Below are positions 48,729 to 59,580 of a stretch of DNA of 64,000 nt, piece by piece. The notes beneath the pieces were generated by a model. It did no database searches. It saw nothing but the letters and a program-made list of their open reading frames with translations, and was not told where the DNA came from. The stretch lies in the IMG/VR virus record IMGVR_UViG_3300007735_000802; one strand, 5' to 3'. A program made the translations under genes and the position numbers. Each line of letters begins with the position of its first letter. The stretch's first letter is position 1. Source of the stretch: a virus.

Positions 48729-50452
48729 TAGATTAGCGTTACATTTCTGTAGTTAAATGATATTAGATTATTTAATCCCATCGCAAAGTTCTTTTTACGA
48801 AGTTGTACATTTAAAGTCGCATTTGTCTTTATCACACCATTTTTGATATAGATTACTCCACTATTTGCAATAAAGTAACCGTGATCTCCTGCAATTTTAG
48901 TTTCGTAATCTCCATTTGTAGATTTTGTCCATAATTCTAGATTTACTTTGTTTCCTCTAGAACTATTGCTTGTTAGATACATTACGAGTGCGACATTCGA
49001 GTCTGCAACAGGAGAAAGATCGGATGTAAAATCATTTGTTATATCAATTCTTGTAAAGAGAGGAACATATAGTTCATTTTGTAAATTAAACGCATAATCC
49101 GATCCTGCTTGCATGTCTTTTTGGACAAACAAGAAGAAATCATCAGGACTTATGATTAATGAATTGTTTATTGTAGCATCTGCTTGTAAATCTGCAATAA
49201 AATCTGAAGAACTGAAAGATACATTGTATTGATTTTGTTTTGCGTATGATTGATTAAAAATTGTCTTAACTGTGTTTAATATTGTATTTCTATTTGCAGA
49301 TCCATTTATTCTGAAAGAAAAATCAACATAAACATTGATCGAATTTGCCTGAACATATTCGGGATAAACAGTAATTACACTTTTATCTCTCAAGAAATTT
49401 ATGAATTCTAAAATATTTTCAGCGGAGGGAGAAACATTTGATGTTACAAAAACTCTACCATATCTTGGAGGAGAAAGATCCTGACCACCAAAAACACTAA
49501 ATTCGCTTTCAGAATTAAAAAATCCAGCTTCTAATAACAATGCCTTATAGTCATTGACTGTAACTGCTCTTTCTTGTGAAGCAAACCACTTTGGTGCAAG
49601 ATATCGTACCGTGTTGAGATTTGGTCCATCAAGTCCACCACTTGACTGCTCTACGAGAGTCACTGTGCCTGTAGTTGCTGTAAAGGTAGATAAGAAGTTT
49701 GCAGATGTTCCGGTTGCAGTTACATATCTTACAGTCAAAATGTCTACGGTTTCGTCTATTTCTTTTCCTAGAGAATTTGCTGGTCCAAATTGAATCTTAA
49801 ATCCATTGTTTGTTCTTTCTATGAAATATATTCTTTGATTTATATCTGAAACATATCCTATATTGTCAACTCTTGTCCAAACATACTGTATATTATCTTC
49901 TACACTGGTTATCTTAATAGAATCTAAATCAAAATTTTGATCAGCAATTACTATATTTTGTGTGTCAAAGTCAAAATTTGGTATTGCATCAAATGAAACA
50001 TAACTTTGTGCTTCGTATATGTAAAATTCTTCAGATACACCATTCAAAACATTTGCATCTTCTAGATTATAAAAAGTAAATGCAATTCCATTTTCATTTG
50101 TTGTTCTAAATGATGTTCCTGCCGTTATTTTTGTAGAAGCACCCAAACCACTTACTATAATTTTTGCCCTTGCTGATTTATTTGATGGAACTGTATATCC
50201 TAGAGGTTTAGTCAGAGATATTACAGAATCTTCTTTTTGTGCGCTATCTAAAAATGCCTCAGCATTGATCATATTTGCATAATATGCATAATAAAATGTA
50301 TTATATGCAAGCAAATCGATAATGGATTGCATCGCACTACCTTCAAAATTATATCCACTGAAAGTTGATTGATTTTTCAAAAAGTCTGTAAGACTTGTTT
50401 TGATATCAAAAAATTCAAGATTTCCAAGTGTTGTTGGTGTATTTGCTGCCAT
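48728..50452 (-). CDS. gp6: Baseplate wedge subunit
   Basis: YNFEGS...IDLLAYNT, EAFLDSA, LGYTVPS, QERAVTVNDY, GGQDLSPPRYGRVF. Confidence 0.93.
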   Translation of the reverse strand: MAANTPTTLGNLEFFDIKTSLTDFLKNQSTFSGYNFEGSAMQSIIDLLAYNTFYYAYYANMINAEAFLDSAQKEDSVISLTKPLGYTVPSNKSARAKIIVSGLGASTKITAGTSFRTTNENGIAFTFYNLEDANVLNGVSEEFYIYEAQSYVSFDAIPNFDFDTQNIVIADQNFDLDSIKITSVEDNIQYVWTRVDNIGYVSDINQRIYFIERTNNGFKIQFGPANSLGKEIDETVDILTVRYVTATGTSANFLSTFTATTGTVTLVEQSSGGLDGPNLNTVRYLAPKWFASQERAVTVNDYKALLLEAGFFNSESEFSVFGGQDLSPPRYGRVFVTSNVSPSAENILEFINFLRDKSVITVYPEYVQANSINVYVDFSFRINGSANRNTILNTVKTIFNQSYAKQNQYNVSFSSSDFIADLQADATINNSLIISPDDFFLFVQKDMQAGSDYAFNLQNELYVPLFTRIDITNDFTSDLSPVADSNVALVMYLTSNSSRGNKVNLELWTKSTNGDYETKIAGDHGYFIANSGVIYIKNGVIKTNATLNVQLRKKNFAMGLNNLISFNYRNVTLI

Positions 50453-50844
50453 TATCTATCCCTTGTGATTGGTATTGTTATTGTGTCTTTTATTCCAAAA
50501 TCTGGTATAGAGAAATCAACCACAACATTTATAGAATAATTCTCAGCATCGTTTACAACTCTAATATCATTAATTGAAACTCTATTTTCGTATGTGCCAA
50601 TGTTTACAGCAATTCTGCTTTGTAATGCAACAACCATTTCCATTGTGTAATTTTCAAACAAAGAACTTGTGATATTGCATCCAAATCGATTATCAAAAAA
50701 TCTTTCTCCAGCGTTTGTCAAAATTATATTTTTCAAAGATTGCCTTATTGCACTTAAATCTTTAATCTTATTTAAGTCGTTCGTAAAGGCATTTCTGCTT
50801 ATGAAAAACGGAATGTCTGTATATGTTTGCCTAGTTTGTAGCAT
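50452..50844 (-). CDS. gp25: Baseplate wedge subunit (sheath initiator)
   Basis: AIRQSLKNIILTNAGERFFDNRFG...LFEN...YENRV. Confidence 0.93.
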   Translation of the reverse strand: MLQTRQTYTDIPFFISRNAFTNDLNKIKDLSAIRQSLKNIILTNAGERFFDNRFGCNITSSLFENYTMEMVVALQSRIAVNIGTYENRVSINDIRVVNDAENYSINVVVDFSIPDFGIKDTITIPITRDR

Positions 50845-50850
50845 TATTAT

Positions 50851-50858
50851 TATTTATT
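50851..50858 (-). promoter_or_regulatory. Late promoter variant AATAAATA for gp25
   Basis: 7/8 match 6 nt before the ATG; no SD. Confidence 0.5.
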
Positions 50859-53800
50859 ATTCTTTTTGTGGTAATTTTCCAAAAATTGCTTTTGGATCTT
50901 GAGGTTGATCATTTAAATATGGAATTTCATTTCTTGCAAGAGTTACAACAAACACATGATTCAATTGTCCTATGAAATTGTGTTCTATTTCAGAAACAAA
51001 CCATTTTCCTGACAATCCCTTGTATTCTCGGTATGTTAGTTCTGGCAGATCGTTTGGAATGATCAATTCTACGATAGAACCTATGTTAATTTTTTCATTT
51101 GGAGCAATGGTTATCTTAATTTTTTGTGCTTCCAACAAAGTTGTCTGAGAAAGTCTTGCCAGTGGCAATTCTGGAGGAGCTCCCCAGAAAGTTGCATACA
51201 TTCTATTAATCATTAAATACTCATGAAATTTCTTTCCCTGTTCTGGGCAGTTACAACTACACGAAGATGTGGGATTAGAAAACTCACATCCAAGATAATC
51301 TGGACCTAAAACTTCTTCTATTAATGCACATTCGCTTATCTTATTATACAACTCATGCAATTCTAAATATGATGGTTCTGGTTCAGATGGCATCAGATAT
51401 CTTGCTGGACAATTACAATATGGATCATTTGGTAAAGTACATCCAGAAGATGTAATTAATCCATTTTGAATAGCATTTGGATTTGCACATTTTAATCCAA
51501 TTTCACTGCACGATCTTAATGTATCTCTAGAATAAACTGTAAATTGTATTGAGAAGTTGCGATCAAAGAAATCATACTCAGCATCAACTGGTGGAGTCAC
51601 AAGTCCATATTCAGTTTCACCGCTTAAATCATATTTCCACAAATCCTCAACAACTAGATTTGGTCTATAAAGATTGTAACTACCAGCAAGATAATGCATC
51701 AGCGATTCTCTAAAATAACCAGTAAAGGTAGCATTTGTCACATCAACAAATTCTGCTGTTTCTTCATTATCCACAAATATTGACATATTTGGTGCTTGTG
51801 TTGAAATCAAATCTTTTGTCTGTTGTGAATTATTTAATCCTAACCAATCTTGGAATTCACTGCCATACCATGTTCTCCAGTAATTTGAAGAAATTGTAAA
51901 GATAGCCTTTCCTCCAAACATATCTCTTGCTTTTGTGTTTGGAGACTTCATAATATTTGCAAATCTTATTGGAATAAATAGATTTCTTGGTACAAAGAAA
52001 GACCACCAAGATCTATGTGGTTTCAATTTTCTATAACTGTTTGGTAAAATAAACGAACCAAGAACAGAAGATCTATAAAGAGGATCAAATTGTTTTCCTG
52101 AACTTACACCATAGTGATATAATGATTCCATCCAGTCCTGAGAATCATTTTCGAAATAATATCCACCACCCATGTGGTAATCCATATCATAACCACCACC
52201 ATGAAGATCATTTTGCATTGGATCAAATGTGTAATATGGGAATTCTGTTTCAAATACTGCTTCAGGCCATAAGTCCATTCCATTATAATCGGTTGACAAA
52301 TATTCAGAATTATTTAAGACAGAACCAGTATCATGATTCCACCACTTATAATAATTGCCCTTATCAACTCCCTGTAATTTTCTATTTGTTGGAATTTCAT
52401 CCTTTATCTTCTTAACTGCAACATCAAATCCAAATGGGTCCATACCAATTACTGCTGCATTATATTTAACTCCCTGTCTACCCATTGGACCAACAGTTAG
52501 ATTTACAAGATATGGCAAGAAATATTCAGATCCCGCATCACGAACAAATCCATTTGGGAAATCATCTGATCTATCCAGTCCTATTGGTTTTTCAAAATCA
52601 ACTCGAACATATGATGTTATTTCTTCTTTCTTAATATCTGGTGGTTTTTTATCCTTTGTATCGTAAAAATTGTATGTATTTTTAAAATCACTTACTGTGC
52701 CACTCAAAATTTGTAGATCTGATTGTGCAAAACCATAATAATAGAAATCTTGATACTTTAATGTAGTTTTGTTTGTAATCAGATTTGCATCATAAACACC
52801 AATATGAATTGATGATTCTTGTAGATTTTCAAAAGCAACATATTTTGGACCAGTTACATTAAACGATGTTTGATCAACAAATGATGATTGAGCATCTGTA
52901 TCATCCGAATCAGATACAGCAAACCAAATATGTGGTTTTCTAGAACTGATATATGATTGTTCTGTTGATCCATATTTTTTATATCTTTGATTGTAATATG
53001 GATGGAAAGTAGATCCAGTATTTCCTCCATAATATATCTGATATTTCCAATCAGAATATGATGCTCCAGTTATACCAGAAGATTTAGATAAGAGTTCATA
53101 TCTACTGTTTCTAATTTCTTTTCTTGTTATCTTTTTAATATTTTGTAAAGAAAGTGGAGATTGAACTGTAGATCTCTCTTGATTCTTAAATACATTCTCT
53201 CCTGGTTTTTTCGAAAAGAAAAATGCATTTCTATTATACCAGTTTGTATATGAAAGTTCCCATTCGTTTGAGTAAGTTTCAACAATTGCACTTTTTAGAT
53301 CTTGTAATAACTTCAATTCAATTTTTAAAATTTGAACTTCTGCTATGGATGTTCTTCTCAATGCTTCTATGGCAGAAGAACTCAAGCATGTTGTGTTATA
53401 ACAATATCCAACTGACAGACATGCTTTTGTATTTTGTAAAATTTCTTGACTTGTTATTGCAGGAAATAAATCTTTATCTGTTCCATAATCATAGAATGAC
53501 CAATCAGACAAAGTAGTTGGACTCAATGTTCTCCACAAATAAGGAGCAGCATATCTGTATATTGGAGATAATTGTGGATTTTGTGCAGGGATATCTTGAT
53601 TTGAATATTTAATATATCCTCTTATTATTGGATCGCGCGAACAATCTTTGAGTGCTATTGGATTTATTATTCGAATGTCTTCTTCTGTTGGACCAACTCC
53701 AGGTCCAGTTGGACCAGTTGGACCAGTTGGACCGCGAGGTCCGGGTGGACCGGGTGGACCTGGAGGGCCTTGTGGACCTTGTCCACCACCTCCACCACCG

Positions 53801-56505
53801 CCAGTATCACTACAATTTTGTCTACAGAATCCATCACTGCACAGTTCATAAGCAGAACCACATTCACAACCTTCACATCCATTTGGTTTTACAGTTCCAT
53901 TAATTGCATCACATTCTGCCTGAGACATACAACCACAACCAGAATTTGTTGTACAACATGCAACTTGGGTTGAGTTACATCCATTTTGACCCAACACTAC
54001 AGTGCAATTTGGAGATGTTCCCTGTAAAAGAACACAAGGAGCTCCTTGTGGTAAAGAGGAAAAAGCAGCTTCACATGTCAACTCTTCAAAATTAGAATTG
54101 CAATCTTTTGGATTTCCTTGACATGCTATTCTAGCATCTTCTATTCTTTCCAGATAAGTATCAACGGGATCAATCGGAACACAGATTGGTCCAGAATATG
54201 ACAATGTACCATTCAGACATTTTCTACATGCAAATACAGATCCCTGACAAGTATCATTTGCTCCACCCTGAGAACCACATGGAGTATCACCACCAACAAC
54301 AGATCTGAATGTTATTTCTTGACCATTTACACCGGATAAAGGGGGTGTACTGAAAACAACTTGTGCTACACCATAGTTTGGTGGTATTGAATTATATGGG
54401 ACATGACCAAATTCATATTCTCCGATAGGCCACTCTGGTATTTGTTCTCCAGGAACTTCATCGCCAATATATTTAAATCCATCAGTGAGTAATTCTATCG
54501 GTCTATATTTTTCGGACTTCTTTGGAATTAATGAAGAATAAAATACAAAATCTGCTTTTTGTTTATAAATTGCAGCATTTACATTAATGAATTGCTCTAA
54601 CTTTGAAATTCTATCCGTGATCTCGGTAATAGCAATATCATATAGTTTTGTTGCTCTTTCTATTACATATTTTTTATATGCAGCAGGAGCATTTGGACCT
54701 ACCAAATTATAGAATTGACCAATTGTTTCATTGTATGGTTCTTTTGTTAAATCGTATGATTGTGTAAGACCTCTTTCAAATAGTGTGCTTCCAGAATCAT
54801 AGTTTAATAAATCAGTAAAAGATCCTGCTGCTACAATTCTATATTCATCATCCTTATCCCCATATATTCCAGTTGCTCCAAACAATGCATTATATGTGTA
54901 ACCGTTTATTGAACCTGGATTTTGTAAGAGATTGATATCATATGTTGAACCAAGAGCACCATCTTGGTGACAACATATCGTGCATCTATACACTTCCCAT
55001 TGTCTTTTTATAGATTTTAATCTCGCATATTCTGTGCGATTATCAATTAATTTTTCTCTTATACCAAAATGGATTTTTTTAAATGTTTCAAAATCCCAAC
55101 CAACCATATCAAATTGTGGTTGATATGCAACTGAATCCCACTGTTGTGTATCTTGTAAATATTTGTTCCATTCTTGACTAAATGGAGAATTTAAAAAGTT
55201 TTTATTAAAAAATCCAAAAACATTATCATCATAATATGTACTTGGTAAAATTTTACCATTAGCTATATCAAATGCAGAGTTTGATTTATTATATTTTGTA
55301 ATATTCTCTGGTTTATTATTTAACCCTAAAGGAACTTTATCATAATAATATTCAACAGCAGTATTATCTTTTAACTGATTCAACAAAATACTATTATTTG
55401 TTGTAAAATCTACATACGCTAGATCGCTATATTGATATGATGTATCATATGACTTAGATCCTGGTCCATAATAAACAGGATTGTGTATATAATAATGTGA
55501 AAATATAGCACCAGAATCTAGTAATTTTTGAAAGTTATATTGTTGAATTACTTGTAATGATAAAATTCTATTTGGATTTGTTGTATCTACTGTGATTATA
55601 AATCCATCTACTGGGTCTTTCAACGCGCCTAGCGAATCTCCAGTTACACCATTGTTTTCGTGTAACATTTTGGTTACGGATCTAAAGTTCCATCCATTTC
55701 TATCGATCCATATAAAATAATCAGCAAGTTTTAAATTTTTATCATATGCATAATTGCTAAGATAACGAAGTAATTGATTAAATTTAAAAGTAGACTTAGA
55801 TTTTAACCAAGGATATGCTGAATAATTTTTCTTTAACCAAACACCAATATCAGAACTGTCTATATGATATACTTTTTCTGTAACTTCAGATTCCGTAACA
55901 ACTTTATTTAATATTCTGTTGATTACTCCACTTTTTTCTAATTCTTGATCCGGATTTTTACTAACAGATAAAACATCAATCATTGCTATATCAATATCAC
56001 TGCTATATTGATTATTAATTCCTCCGGAATTTATAAATTCTAATTTCCACGCGGTGGGTCTTTCATCTGCTTCATTTGTTTCCATCAATGAAGCTTCATC
56101 GTTTATTTGTTTAGCATTGTATATGTAAAATTTAAAAGTGACTAGGTCTTCTGATTTTCCTATTTTGAATTGAACTTCTAAGTATTCATTTCCTTGAAAT
56201 AAAAATTCATCTACCCAATTTCTTGTATCGTATACGATCATAGATCCAAAAATAAATCCATCGTACATAGATTCTTTGAACACCAAAGAAGAAAATGGTG
56301 ATTTAACAGTTACTGTTGGATCCCATGGAAGTAATAAAAATGAGTTTTCTTTATCTCCACGATTATCAATTCTGAATAATTCAATTTTTTCTATCTTAGA
56401 TTCTATATTAAGAATTTTTCCAGATGGTTCAGAACCTGGTGCTTGATTCTCTGCTTGAGCACTTATTGTGGAAAGTAATGTCTTAAATTCTATTTCTTTA
56501 CTCAT
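50857..56505 (-). CDS. Giant baseplate hub-like protein (gp27-like termini, large central insertion)
   Basis: N-terminal ESMYDGFIFGSMIVYD...FQGNEYLEVQF and YFIWIDRNGWNFRSV; C-terminal IGSIVEL...LSGKWFVSEIEHNF...LARN; follows gp53. Confidence 0.7.
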   Translation of the reverse strand: MSKEIEFKTLLSTISAQAENQAPGSEPSGKILNIESKIEKIELFRIDNRGDKENSFLLLPWDPTVTVKSPFSSLVFKESMYDGFIFGSMIVYDTRNWVDEFLFQGNEYLEVQFKIGKSEDLVTFKFYIYNAKQINDEASLMETNEADERPTAWKLEFINSGGINNQYSSDIDIAMIDVLSVSKNPDQELEKSGVINRILNKVVTESEVTEKVYHIDSSDIGVWLKKNYSAYPWLKSKSTFKFNQLLRYLSNYAYDKNLKLADYFIWIDRNGWNFRSVTKMLHENNGVTGDSLGALKDPVDGFIITVDTTNPNRILSLQVIQQYNFQKLLDSGAIFSHYYIHNPVYYGPGSKSYDTSYQYSDLAYVDFTTNNSILLNQLKDNTAVEYYYDKVPLGLNNKPENITKYNKSNSAFDIANGKILPSTYYDDNVFGFFNKNFLNSPFSQEWNKYLQDTQQWDSVAYQPQFDMVGWDFETFKKIHFGIREKLIDNRTEYARLKSIKRQWEVYRCTICCHQDGALGSTYDINLLQNPGSINGYTYNALFGATGIYGDKDDEYRIVAAGSFTDLLNYDSGSTLFERGLTQSYDLTKEPYNETIGQFYNLVGPNAPAAYKKYVIERATKLYDIAITEITDRISKLEQFINVNAAIYKQKADFVFYSSLIPKKSEKYRPIELLTDGFKYIGDEVPGEQIPEWPIGEYEFGHVPYNSIPPNYGVAQVVFSTPPLSGVNGQEITFRSVVGGDTPCGSQGGANDTCQGSVFACRKCLNGTLSYSGPICVPIDPVDTYLERIEDARIACQGNPKDCNSNFEELTCEAAFSSLPQGAPCVLLQGTSPNCTVVLGQNGCNSTQVACCTTNSGCGCMSQAECDAINGTVKPNGCEGCECGSAYELCSDGFCRQNCSDTGGGGGGGQGPQGPPGPPGPPGPRGPTGPTGPTGPGVGPTEEDIRIINPIALKDCSRDPIIRGYIKYSNQDIPAQNPQLSPIYRYAAPYLWRTLSPTTLSDWSFYDYGTDKDLFPAITSQEILQNTKACLSVGYCYNTTCLSSSAIEALRRTSIAEVQILKIELKLLQDLKSAIVETYSNEWELSYTNWYNRNAFFFSKKPGENVFKNQERSTVQSPLSLQNIKKITRKEIRNSRYELLSKSSGITGASYSDWKYQIYYGGNTGSTFHPYYNQRYKKYGSTEQSYISSRKPHIWFAVSDSDDTDAQSSFVDQTSFNVTGPKYVAFENLQESSIHIGVYDANLITNKTTLKYQDFYYYGFAQSDLQILSGTVSDFKNTYNFYDTKDKKPPDIKKEEITSYVRVDFEKPIGLDRSDDFPNGFVRDAGSEYFLPYLVNLTVGPMGRQGVKYNAAVIGMDPFGFDVAVKKIKDEIPTNRKLQGVDKGNYYKWWNHDTGSVLNNSEYLSTDYNGMDLWPEAVFETEFPYYTFDPMQNDLHGGGYDMDYHMGGGYYFENDSQDWMESLYHYGVSSGKQFDPLYRSSVLGSFILPNSYRKLKPHRSWWSFFVPRNLFIPIRFANIMKSPNTKARDMFGGKAIFTISSNYWRTWYGSEFQDWLGLNNSQQTKDLISTQAPNMSIFVDNEETAEFVDVTNATFTGYFRESLMHYLAGSYNLYRPNLVVEDLWKYDLSGETEYGLVTPPVDAEYDFFDRNFSIQFTVYSRDTLRSCSEIGLKCANPNAIQNGLITSSGCTLPNDPYCNCPARYLMPSEPEPSYLELHELYNKISECALIEEVLGPDYLGCEFSNPTSSCSCNCPEQGKKFHEYLMINRMYATFWGAPPELPLARLSQTTLLEAQKIKITIAPNEKINIGSIVELIIPNDLPELTYREYKGLSGKWFVSEIEHNFIGQLNHVFVVTLARNEIPYLNDQPQDPKAIFGKLPQKE
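53698..53802. repeat. Locally GC-rich low-complexity repeat encoding poly-Gly plus collagen-like (GPx)n
   Basis: Tandem 9-mers GGACCAGTT and CCGGGTGGA; translation GGGGGGGQGPQGPPGPPGPPGPRGPTGPTGPTGPG. Confidence 0.85.
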
Positions 56506-56506
56506 T

Positions 56507-57475
56507 TTATATTACCACTCGGAATGTTTTTCCGACTTCTTCTGATGCTAAAGCATTTTTTACAGTCGCTACGACTGATGACAAATATTCAGATCTCAAT
56601 ACTTTTATTTTTTGTTTAGATATGTATTCTTCAAATTGTGTTTCATCAACAGTCTTTTTGCTATACCCATAATTAACACCACTTAAATTAGAATATTTGT
56701 AAATCAAAGTGTTTGCAAAATTTTCAAGAGTAGTGGTATCTGAACTATCGGTATATATTGTAGATGTGCTTACATTTGGAGCAGTTGCGCCATTGACTAC
56801 ATTTTTAAATGGATTGATTATTAATTTTGAATCAGTTGATGAATCTGGTTCTGTATAAAAATAATCAACGCTAGTTTCATATTTTTCTGTAAATAGAATA
56901 GGTGTATAGTCTGTTGTTTCTGGTTCTAAATCTGTGTTAGAAAATTCTATAGTGCTTACTGCTCCTGTTTCTGGATTATATCTTGCAAATAGAATATTAT
57001 CTCCAGACACAAATGTTCCAACACCATCTGCACCTCTTATTTTTCTCAAATTAAGATCAAAGTCTTTGATGACTCTATAATGTGAGGTACTAACAGTTGT
57101 TGCACTATTTCCAGAGGTAGCAGTAACCTTTACGAGAATATCTCCTCGTCTTATGTCTGGAAGAGTTGCAATATAAAAAGCATCTCCTCCATAATTTTCT
57201 TGTTTTGATTGTGTATATTTTTCTTGTGTCAAAAACCATTCAGAATTTCGATCAGCAATTGCATTAACCATGAGAACTATCCATGAGTATGCTGTCGAAC
57301 CGTACATTTTCAAGGAAACACTTTCTGGTGTTTCTCCATCTTGAATATAATAATCATAGAAAGCATTAGAACTTGAATTTTGAACATCAAATGATATATG
57401 TTTAAAAATATCAGATACCGTTACAGTTCTTTTACCTATCTTATATGTAATTTGATCGTAATTTTTAAATAACAT
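56507..57475 (-). CDS. gp53: Baseplate wedge protein (LysM-like)
   Basis: YYIQDGETPESVSLKMYGS...WIVLMVN...EW; C-terminal KIKVLRSEY. Confidence 0.9.
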   Translation of the reverse strand: MLFKNYDQITYKIGKRTVTVSDIFKHISFDVQNSSSNAFYDYYIQDGETPESVSLKMYGSTAYSWIVLMVNAIADRNSEWFLTQEKYTQSKQENYGGDAFYIATLPDIRRGDILVKVTATSGNSATTVSTSHYRVIKDFDLNLRKIRGADGVGTFVSGDNILFARYNPETGAVSTIEFSNTDLEPETTDYTPILFTEKYETSVDYFYTEPDSSTDSKLIINPFKNVVNGATAPNVSTSTIYTDSSDTTTLENFANTLIYKYSNLSGVNYGYSKKTVDETQFEEYISKQKIKVLRSEYLSSVVATVKNALASEEVGKTFRVVI

Positions 57476-57484
57476 ATATTAACC

Positions 57485-58456
57485 TTAAGTTGTTATTTTT
57501 GGAATTATATTTCCAAAAGTAAGTATTGCCCCTGATCTGTTTGTGATATCTGTTCCGACTTCTCTTCCTGGTTTTGTAACTCTAAAGGCTGGTTCGAGTT
57601 CTATGAATTTTAGACCTATAGAATACACTGATGGTTTGATCAAACCATCTTTTGATATTGCAGTCAAAAATGGCACATCAAGTGATGTTCTTTTTACCTT
57701 TACCGCTGCCAATACAGATAATTGTGGTTGACCAGACCAACTCGTATCAAATCTAAGAGAATCAATCGGTCCAACTCCAAATATCCAAAGAGGAGGATGA
57801 TAAAACTTGCTAGTGCTCAAACTTCCCAATGATCTCATTGTGGGAAGCGCAAGTGATTCAAATGACATTGCAATATCACTCGCACTCTTAGAATCTTCCA
57901 AAGTTAAACATGGCAAAACAAGAGTAACATTAAAACTTCTATGAGGACCAGATGGATAATATACCACATCGTTGATGTCTGGGAGAGTTAGATTTTGACC
58001 ATATCCAAAACTTGCAACTCCTGCTTCTGCTAAAGATATAGCATCTCCTATTTTATTTACAGCTTCTCCTATGGTATCTGCTGTGTATTCAATTTCAGGA
58101 CTGATTGATTTTAAAACAGAAAATAAACTCTGAACAACTGCTGGTAATGATGTAATTGCGGATGTGGGTTGACTGCTATAGTTTATGGAAGTATCAGTTT
58201 CAAATCTAACTGGACTTGGCACTATTATTTGTGTCTTTAAATTTGAAAGTGTTGGAAACGATAAATCTCCATTTGACCTAACATTCGCTGCCACGCGATT
58301 TATGGCACTATTTGCATACTCATAGCAATAAAATTTCATCCAAAGTGGAATAGAAGCTCTTACATCCTCTTTATTTGGGAATATAAGAGTTCCGGTTCTT
58401 TCCAATATGGATGCAATATTTGCTTGATTGCCAACTGTATTTGGTGCTTGTGCCAT
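57485..58456 (-). CDS. gp48: Baseplate tail tube cap/initiator
   Basis: RSFNVTLVLP, P..W, LKFIELE motifs; upstream of gp53. Confidence 0.7.
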   Translation of the reverse strand: MAQAPNTVGNQANIASILERTGTLIFPNKEDVRASIPLWMKFYCYEYANSAINRVAANVRSNGDLSFPTLSNLKTQIIVPSPVRFETDTSINYSSQPTSAITSLPAVVQSLFSVLKSISPEIEYTADTIGEAVNKIGDAISLAEAGVASFGYGQNLTLPDINDVVYYPSGPHRSFNVTLVLPCLTLEDSKSASDIAMSFESLALPTMRSLGSLSTSKFYHPPLWIFGVGPIDSLRFDTSWSGQPQLSVLAAVKVKRTSLDVPFLTAISKDGLIKPSVYSIGLKFIELEPAFRVTKPGREVGTDITNRSGAILTFGNIIPKITT

Positions 58457-58479
58457 TATTTTCCCTAAATATTTTTATA

Positions 58480-58926
58480 ATGCCCTATAAAACCAAATTT
58501 ATTCCCAAAAACACTACAAAATATATAGGTGACATAAATAAAATAATTTGTCGTTCCTTGTGGGAAAGAAAGTTTTGTAAGTTTTTAGATGAAAATAAAA
58601 ATGTGTTAAGATGGTCGTTTGAGACATTAAAAATACCATATGTCTCCCCCGTAGATAATATGCCTCATTTGTATCTTCCTGACTTTATAATCGAAAAGAA
58701 AAATAAAGAAGGAATAGTAGAGACTTTAGTGGTTGAAATCAAACCATACAAACAGACAAAAGAACCAGTTGCTGGAAAAAGAAAAAGTAAAAGATCTTTA
58801 ATTAATGAAAATATTACTTTTGCTATAAATAAAAGTAAGTGGGAAGCAGCAAAATCATTCTGCGATAAGCATTCTTGGAAGTTTGTAATCTTAACAGAAA
58901 AAGAGTTATTCAATGGCAAGAAATAG
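58480..58926 (+). CDS. gp4: Head completion nuclease (TnsA-like)
   Basis: PKNTTKYIGD, RSLWERKFC, YLPDF, VEIKP, NKSKWEAA, FVILTEKEL; start MPYK at 58480. Confidence 0.93.
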   Translation: MPYKTKFIPKNTTKYIGDINKIICRSLWERKFCKFLDENKNVLRWSFETLKIPYVSPVDNMPHLYLPDFIIEKKNKEGIVETLVVEIKPYKQTKEPVAGKRKSKRSLINENITFAINKSKWEAAKSFCDKHSWKFVILTEKELFNGKK

Positions 58927-59572
58927 CATAGTAGATACCATAACATCCTTCAGAGAGAATGTAATCTCACGGGGTGGACCTCAAATAGCAGCAATGTACG
59001 AGGTCACACTTAACAGTGGCAGCGATCCTCTAGTTTGCTATCCATTGACCGTTGTAATTCCTGGTCGTGCCTTTCAGTTTTACGAACACGACATATGGGG
59101 TCCATCAAGAAAGATTCCTGTAAAAAGAACATATACTCAATGTAGTATGACATTTATTGTGTATCAAGATTGGTTGGAAAGAACATATATTGAAGGATGG
59201 ATGAATAATCTATTGGCATCAAAATTTATAACTGGAAATGTAAATACTGTAGATTCTCTTGGTGAAAATGATCTATCGGCATCAACACAAGAACAACAAC
59301 ACATAGGTGTAAGTTTAATTAACTCTTTATCGAATAACTCAGTATCGCGCGATGCTGTTTTTAGAGAATATGGAGATTATATTAATTATGTAAATGCTAC
59401 TGGAACAATAAACATCCGAGCATTAAACGCAAGCGACAAAAGCACAAACAAAGAAATAGTTTTATTTGAAGCATATCCAGCATCAATAACTCCAATGGCA
59501 ATGGCAGCCGATGGATCTGGTTATGCCACTTTTAATGTAGGATTTCAATATAATAACTATGCATATATTTGA
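58913..59572 (+). CDS. gp54: Tail tube-like baseplate protein (gp54-like)
   Basis: IPGR, MTFIV...YIEGW, LFEAYP, FNVGFQY tube-fold pattern; synteny with gp26. Confidence 0.65.
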   Translation: MARNSIVDTITSFRENVISRGGPQIAAMYEVTLNSGSDPLVCYPLTVVIPGRAFQFYEHDIWGPSRKIPVKRTYTQCSMTFIVYQDWLERTYIEGWMNNLLASKFITGNVNTVDSLGENDLSASTQEQQHIGVSLINSLSNNSVSRDAVFREYGDYINYVNATGTINIRALNASDKSTNKEIVLFEAYPASITPMAMAADGSGYATFNVGFQYNNYAYI

Positions 59573-59580
59573 GGAACATT

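Noticed and set aside
53698-53802. CRISPR-like or mobile repeat
   Set aside because: The 9-bp periodicity is fully explained by collagen-like Gly-Pro-x coding, and there are no spacers.
58480-58926. Tn7-like transposon (TnsA)
   Set aside because: The TnsA-like fold is the normal T4 gp4 head-completion protein, and no tnsB/C or transposon ends are present.
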